A stretch of DNA of 64,000 nt, from the NCBI GenBank assembly GCA_020200235.1, contig JAIVJC010000008.1, positions 449-64,448 on the forward strand, written 5' to 3'. Shown here piece by piece: positions 56,858 through 64,000 of the stretch (positions within the stretch are counted from its first letter, which is position 1; each line of letters opens with the position of its first letter). The notes under the pieces were generated by a model. That model searched no databases, was not told the origin of the DNA, and saw nothing but the letters and a program-made list of their open reading frames with translations. The position numbers and the translations under genes were made by a program. This stretch comes from Acidobacteriota bacterium. Lineage in GTDB: Bacteria > Acidobacteriota > Blastocatellia > Pyrinomonadales > Pyrinomonadaceae.

Positions 56858-57730
56858 TTACGGGTAAAGCGAATTGAGCAGGTTCGCGAGCCGGTAGCCC
56901 GCGAGCGCGATCCGTCTGCGCGCCGTCGCCTGCGCCTTCGCCTCGTAGGCTGGCGTCGGCTTGGAGTTCTCCGCGAGCGCGTAGACGACCGTGCGCGCCA
57001 GCGCGTTGCCCTCCTCCGCCCACTTCTGCGGGTCGAGTTCTTTAGCCTCCGGCATCGACGCAACCGGGTTCGCCGCGACTATTTCTTTCGCGTAGGCGTC
57101 GAGCCGTCGGCGGTCGCGCGCGTCGAGCGGTCGGTCGGGTCGCCAGAAGTGGAACGAGCCCGCCGCCGAGTCCCAGTAGTAGTGGAGGTGATCGACTTCG
57201 GGCAGGCCCGCGAGCTTGAACTCGTTGCCGCCCGCGTCGCCGTCGAGGTTCGTCGGCGTCACCCGCGTCGAGGCGTGCAGCGGCTGGTGGATGTCACCGA
57301 CGAGGTGGTAGAGGTAGCCGAGCAGCTCCGCGTCCTTCTTGTCCGAGCCGGGGCCCTTGCGCAGCGCGTCCGCCGCCCAGATGATGCGCGCGACGGCGTG
57401 CTCCTTGCCCGGCTGCAACTTCGGGTCGGGCGGCGTGCCGTCGAAGATGGGGATGTCGGTGTAGTGCCACACGCGCAGATCGTCGTGCGTCGAGTCCGCC
57501 TTGATGTCGTCCATCCACGCGCCGAGCGTCGTGCCGTCGTAGGTCTTGCCGCAGAAGCGGATCGTCTTCGCCATCGCGTCCACCTTCGCCTTCGCCGCCG
57601 CGCTCAGGCGCTCGTAGGCGATCTGCGAGACGAGCAGGTGCCCCGCGTCGTCCCACGCGAGGGCGGTCTGCGGCGCGAGCAGCAGCAGCGAGAGCAGGAG
57701 CGGCAGAGCCTTCAAACTTTTTCCCATCAT
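56858..57730 (-). CDS. S1/P1-type zinc nuclease, secreted
   Basis: The signal peptide ends ...APQTALA, followed by WDDAGH (the mature N-terminal Trp ligand). Motifs HYTDIP, LYHLVGDIHQPLH, GGNEF and HYYWDS are in S1/P1 order. Confidence 0.8.
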   Translation of the reverse strand: MMGKSLKALPLLLSLLLLAPQTALAWDDAGHLLVSQIAYERLSAAAKAKVDAMAKTIRFCGKTYDGTTLGAWMDDIKADSTHDDLRVWHYTDIPIFDGTPPDPKLQPGKEHAVARIIWAADALRKGPGSDKKDAELLGYLYHLVGDIHQPLHASTRVTPTNLDGDAGGNEFKLAGLPEVDHLHYYWDSAAGSFHFWRPDRPLDARDRRRLDAYAKEIVAANPVASMPEAKELDPQKWAEEGNALARTVVYALAENSKPTPAYEAKAQATARRRIALAGYRLANLLNSLYP

Positions 57731-57792
57731 TTCAACTCCAAAAGCGTTTTATGAGAGCAGGGTAATACCTATCCTCTAAGGTGCAGGCATTC

Positions 57793-58765
57793 CTATGCCT
57801 CGTAGGGACCCAAGAACCGCGCACCGTTGAAGTGAATCATGTGGGTAGCTGCCTCGGCAACCCACACCTCGGTCTCTCCATGATATTTCGCCGAGGTATT
57901 TGAGCAGCGTCCTGCGGTCGAGGAATGCGGTGACGAATACCAAACCCGCCTTCGAGCCACGGAATAGGGCTTTCAATTCTTCGTGGCGTTTCGGGTTCAC
58001 GGGTCCGTGGCTCGTGACGGCTTCGACGAGCACCAACCAATTCCGCTCGACGTGATGCACGACGACATCAGGCATCTTGCCGTGCGCGTCCACGCTGATT
58101 CCTAGCTCCGCGAAAGTCTCCTGATCGAAGATCGCCCACTTCTCGTCGGCATCGCCGACGTAGACCACCCTACCGCCCGGCGTGAAGTAGGGGCAAAAGT
58201 CCTCGATGATTCTAGCGATCAAAACGTTCTGACCGCCCGCCGAGAGCGTGAAGGTTCGACCTGTCGGTGTCGTGACAGGTATGCGGCTCATCTCGCGCGC
58301 CTGCGTGTATTTCTCCTGTAGCGTCTCAACGGTCGGCAGATAGGCCTGCAATTTTTGCTCCCACTAGTCGGAGCCGAAGGCGCGCAGTACCTCCAACGCG
58401 GCGGCTTCGATCTGATAGACGGTCTTGCCGCTGTTGATGGGGCGCGATGGCTTGTCGGGGTTGGCGATGATCAGCGCGGCGTCGCGGAACTGATGCACGG
58501 TCTGGCGGCGCACGCTCTCGCGCGTGTTCGGCTTGTACTGCTTGCCGTAGTGCTCGGCGAAGAAGTCCATCATCTCCGTCACTCCTCGCAGCGGCGCGCG
58601 CGCCTCTGCCCACGGCGTTTCCGGTCGTAGGTCGAGCAGCGCGAGCAGCGTGAGCGCGGATCGCTCGTTCTGCTGCGCCGAGGGCAAGCCGAGGGCTTTC
58701 AGGGCGCGCGCGGCTTCGTCAATTCGCTTCTTCGCAGGGATCGGATCGGAGGTGTCGGTGTTCAT
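57793..58765 (-). pseudogene. PstI/BsuBI-family type II restriction endonuclease, disrupted by in-frame TAG and a 1-nt frameshift
   Basis: The N-domain runs from ATG 58765 (LGLPSAQQNERSALTLLALL, NTRESVRRQTVHQF, PSRPINSGKTVYQIE). TAG occurs at 58364-58366. The same frame then continues with the catalytic domain (GGRVVYVGDADEKW, HGKMPDVVV, VEAVTSHGPV, VFVTAF). The conserved tail [30 protein letters not shown] is readable only by skipping nt 57877. Confidence 0.75.
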
Positions 58766-60286
58766 GTGCAGCAGTTGAGAGGCGATGAGATGATCGAGCG
58801 CGCCTTGGTCGAGGGCGCGTTCGCCGACGCTCGCGCCCACAGCCTCTAGCTCCGATCGGGAGGGGTATTTGAGGCTCCGCAGATCGGTGGCGTTGACCTG
58901 TGTGTGCCCGTTGAACTGACGGAAGTAAGCGTCGAGCAGGCTGGAGTTGAGGAACGCTGCCAGCCCGCGCGCCAGATCAGCGCCCATCCCCTTACCCATC
59001 TCGTGAAAATAATTCAGATGGTTCTCAAAGCCGACACGCGGCGCGCGCGTGCGCTCCGGATCGTAGATGGCGGCGACGACGCGGCGCGGCTCTTCCTTCG
59101 AGGAGAAGCGTTTGACGAGCACGTACACGCCGGACGGCACGAGCAGATCGGCAGAGCCGGGCGCGTCGGCGATCCAGTTCAACTTTTTGCTGTGCGGAGT
59201 GGGGTGGCAGACGTAGCCGCCGCAGAAGTGGTGCGGGTAGATGAGCGGCACCGCGTCCTCGGTGGGCTCACGCCGCAGGTGCTCGGTGGCTCTAAAATCT
59301 ACGACGCGCCCCGTCGAGACCGTAAGACCGAGATCAGCAAGCGTCGCCGTGAATCGCCCCATGCGCGCGGCGACCCTGTAGCCGAGCTCGTCCGGCACGA
59401 TGCGGATAAAGGCGTCGGGATCGTCGGGCTGCACCAATTGCTCCGGCGGCACCTGCCTGATCATCATCGCCTCGTCATCCAGATCGCTGCTGGAGGAGAC
59501 GATCACGCTCCCGCCGTCGCCCACCTGCTTGACGGCGTGAAAAATGATGTTTTCTTGCAGCACGTCGTCGTCGCCAAACGCGAGGTTGCGCGCGTCGAAG
59601 AGGTGGATGCGCTTGAATCTCATCGCTTCGAGGAACGACCGCCTGAACGACTTGAAGTAAGAGCCGTTGCAGAAGCTGCGCGGCGTAATAGCGACCAGTT
59701 CCCCGGCAGGCTCAAGCAGCCGCGTCACCAGCGAGACGAAGGCGCTGTAGAAGTTAGAGGTCTCGACGCCGACCGAGCGCAGCAGTTGGCGTGCTGCGGA
59801 GCCGCTGCTCATCTTGCGGTACGGCGGGTTGAGGATCGCGTGTGTGTAAGCCTCGCCCCGCGCCGCGCCGACCACACGTGCAGCCGCCTCGATGAAGTCT
59901 TCGCCGCGCACCTCCGCGCTGAAATTGATGCCGGCACCCTCGCACTCGACGCGACAGGCTTCGAGCGTGTCGCGCAGGTAGCCGACGAGGGCGGGATCGA
60001 TCTCGTAAGCTGTGACCGACAGTTCGGCGGGCGGCGACTGCCAGCGGCAGACCTCGGCGACGAACGCAGCGGAGAGAGCGCCCACGCCCGCCCCTGCGTC
60101 GAGCAGGCGGACATGCTCGCGCGGCGGCTGGAAGAGTGATGCCATGAAGCGCGCGATCGCTGGCGGCGTGAGGAACTGACCCCACTCGGCGCGCCGCCCG
60201 GCGTCGAGCTTGCGCGCCACGTCGAGCCGGAAGAACTCGGCGCGTTCGGCGGGCGTTGCAAAACCCTTTTGTACGTCTGCACTCAT
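58364..60286 (-). CDS. N6-adenine DNA methyltransferase (Eco57I/PstI-like, NPPY) with read-through into the REase N-domain
   Basis: ATG 60286 (MSADVQKGF). Motifs FLTPPAIARFM, LLDAGAGVGAL (motif I) and ILNPPYRK (motif IV). The target-recognition-like C-region reads NGHTQVNATDLRSLKYP. There is no stop before 58364. The track ORF part upstream of 60286 is a shadow. Confidence 0.8.
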   Translation of the reverse strand: MSADVQKGFATPAERAEFFRLDVARKLDAGRRAEWGQFLTPPAIARFMASLFQPPREHVRLLDAGAGVGALSAAFVAEVCRWQSPPAELSVTAYEIDPALVGYLRDTLEACRVECEGAGINFSAEVRGEDFIEAAARVVGAARGEAYTHAILNPPYRKMSSGSAARQLLRSVGVETSNFYSAFVSLVTRLLEPAGELVAITPRSFCNGSYFKSFRRSFLEAMRFKRIHLFDARNLAFGDDDVLQENIIFHAVKQVGDGGSVIVSSSSDLDDEAMMIRQVPPEQLVQPDDPDAFIRIVPDELGYRVAARMGRFTATLADLGLTVSTGRVVDFRATEHLRREPTEDAVPLIYPHHFCGGYVCHPTPHSKKLNWIADAPGSADLLVPSGVYVLVKRFSSKEEPRRVVAAIYDPERTRAPRVGFENHLNYFHEMGKGMGADLARGLAAFLNSSLLDAYFRQFNGHTQVNATDLRSLKYPSRSELEAVGASVGERALDQGALDHLIASQLLHMNTDTSDPIPAKKRIDEAARALKALGLPSAQQNERSALTLLALLDLRPETPWAEARAPLRGVTEMMDFFAEHYGKQYKPNTRESVRRQTVHQFRDAALIIANPDKPSRPINSGKTVYQIEAAALEVLRAFGSD

Positions 60287-60345
60287 CAGCGGTGGAGAGG
60301 AACTGCGACACCCTGCGCGCAGATGTCGCGGATGAGATAATTCAT

Positions 60346-62880
<2,535 letters not shown>

Positions 62881-62887
62881 CGTGCGA

Positions 62888-64000
62888 TCAGTTTCCCGTC
62901 GCGGCGCGCGCCTGCGTCTGCGCCTTGAGCTGGATGCCCGTGCCGCGCGCGTAGAGTTTGGGGAGCGTGATGGGGAGTCGCCCCGTCACGGCGATCTCGC
63001 CGGAGAGGGCGCGCGCCGCCGCCTGCTGGAGACTCGGCATGTCGCCGTAGGCGACCATGTAAGTTTTCAGATCGGTAAAACTTCCGAGCAGGTACGGGTT
63101 GCCGAAGCTGATGCCGACGAGCGGCGCCTTCCTGTCGATCAGCTTGTCGAGCGCGCGCTTGCCCGGATCGGGGAGCGCGCCGCTGTTCGACTGCCCCGTC
63201 CGCACGCGACCGTAGAGAGCTGCGACGACGAGGTCCGCGCCCTTCGCGCGCTCCAGAGCCTTCTCGACTTCCTTGTCGGATGAGCGCTCGTCTAAGACGA
63301 CGACTTCGAGCCTGCGCCCGCCGCGCGCGAGCGTCGAGACGAAGGGCTGCGCGATCCAGAGTCGATCCTCGCCGTTCGTCACCGCGAGGACGAAGAGGCG
63401 CGAGTTTGCGCCGAGGCTGGTGGCGGGCAGCAGGTGCACCTCGTCGCGCACGAGCGTGACGGCGTGCTCCGCGATCTCGCGCGCCAGTCTTTCACTGTCA
63501 GCCGTGCCCACGACCGTGTCGATGTTCTCGAGCGGCGCGACGCGCTGCCTGACGAGACCGAGATCGTACTTCGCGGCGAGGACGCGGCGCGCCGACTCTT
63601 CGATCCGCTGCTCCGTCAGACGCCCCGACTGCACAGCCTCGCGCACGCCGCGCACCGTCGCGTCCGGGTCGGAAGGTTTCAGGAGCAGGTCCGCGCCCGC
63701 GAGCAGCGCGCGCACAGCGGACTCGCCGGGTGTGAAGTAGATCGTGAGGCCGCTCATGTCGAGCGCGTCGGTCGTGATGATGCCGTCGAAGCCGAGGTCG
63801 CGCCGGAGTATGCCGGTCAGGACTTGCGGCGAGAGCGTGCCGGGCAAAGTCGCGTTCTCGGTGAGCACTTCGCTGTCGGCGTAAGTCGGCCTGGCCGCGC
63901 CCGCGCGCGGGATGGGGCTCACGGTGGTCGGGTCGATCTGCGGCAGGCCGATGTGCGCGGACATGATGGAGCCGACGCCCGCCGCGATCGCCGCGCGGAA
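62888..64000 (-). CDS. nagZ: GH3 beta-N-acetylhexosaminidase (NagZ-like) with extra C-terminal domain; 5' end outside window
   Basis: The frame is open to the window edge (FRAAIAAGVGSIMSAHIG...). The GH3 segment is GFDGIITTDALDMSG and a second alpha/beta domain follows. Confidence 0.75.
   Translation of the reverse strand, partial: FRAAIAAGVGSIMSAHIGLPQIDPTTVSPIPRAGAARPTYADSEVLTENATLPGTLSPQVLTGILRRDLGFDGIITTDALDMSGLTIYFTPGESAVRALLAGADLLLKPSDPDATVRGVREAVQSGRLTEQRIEESARRVLAAKYDLGLVRQRVAPLENIDTVVGTADSERLAREIAEHAVTLVRDEVHLLPATSLGANSRLFVLAVTNGEDRLWIAQPFVSTLARGGRRLEVVVLDERSSDKEVEKALERAKGADLVVAALYGRVRTGQSNSGALPDPGKRALDKLIDRKAPLVGISFGNPYLLGSFTDLKTYMVAYGDMPSLQQAAARALSGEIAVTGRLPITLPKLYARGTGIQLKAQTQARAATGN

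Overview
High-GC (roughly 65-70% by eye) bacterial chromosomal segment. The gene content looks like Acidobacteriota: four giant CarboxypepD_reg-type TonB-dependent receptors and a TIGR03436-like VWFA protein. This phylum call is an inference, not verified. I saw no rRNA, tRNA, CRISPR array, transposase or integrase.

The coding content falls into five groups:
- Envelope and secreted proteins: a BNR/VPS10-like protein, an S8 protease, a lytic transglycosylase and an S1/P1 nuclease.
- Redox and stress genes: a persulfide dioxygenase-rhodanese fusion, OsmC, a metallothionein-like mini-ORF and VKOR plus DsbA.
- A glycolate oxidase locus in which glcD and glcE are fused, followed by glcF.
- Cell-wall and amino-sugar salvage genes: NagA, a GHL10/DigH-like protein, a GH3 NagZ and a beta-lactamase-fold+DUF1343/NamZ fusion.
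- A hybrid histidine kinase with a convergent CheY-like regulator.

The most interesting observations are:
- A decaying PstI/BsuBI-type R-M module. The methyltransferase is intact and is read through into a restriction enzyme that carries an in-frame TAG and a 1-nt frameshift.
- A duplicated TonB-receptor plus convergent TPR-protein module, with matching promoter-like boxes, perfect hairpins and a 68-nt gene-conversion tract.
- Two intergenic elements with the same unusual architecture, inverted arrays of tandem heptamers.
- A REP-like 36-nt hairpin and tandem element sitting inside the 5' end of a serine-hydrolase ORF.
- An S8 protease with a hexapeptide (GDGVLx) repeat tail encoded by perfect 18-nt tandem repeats.
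- Several apparently damaged genes: a D-aminoacylase, a YtcJ-like amidohydrolase, DsbA and a glycogen-debranching-type enzyme.

All family assignments come from motif recognition by eye. No searches were run.
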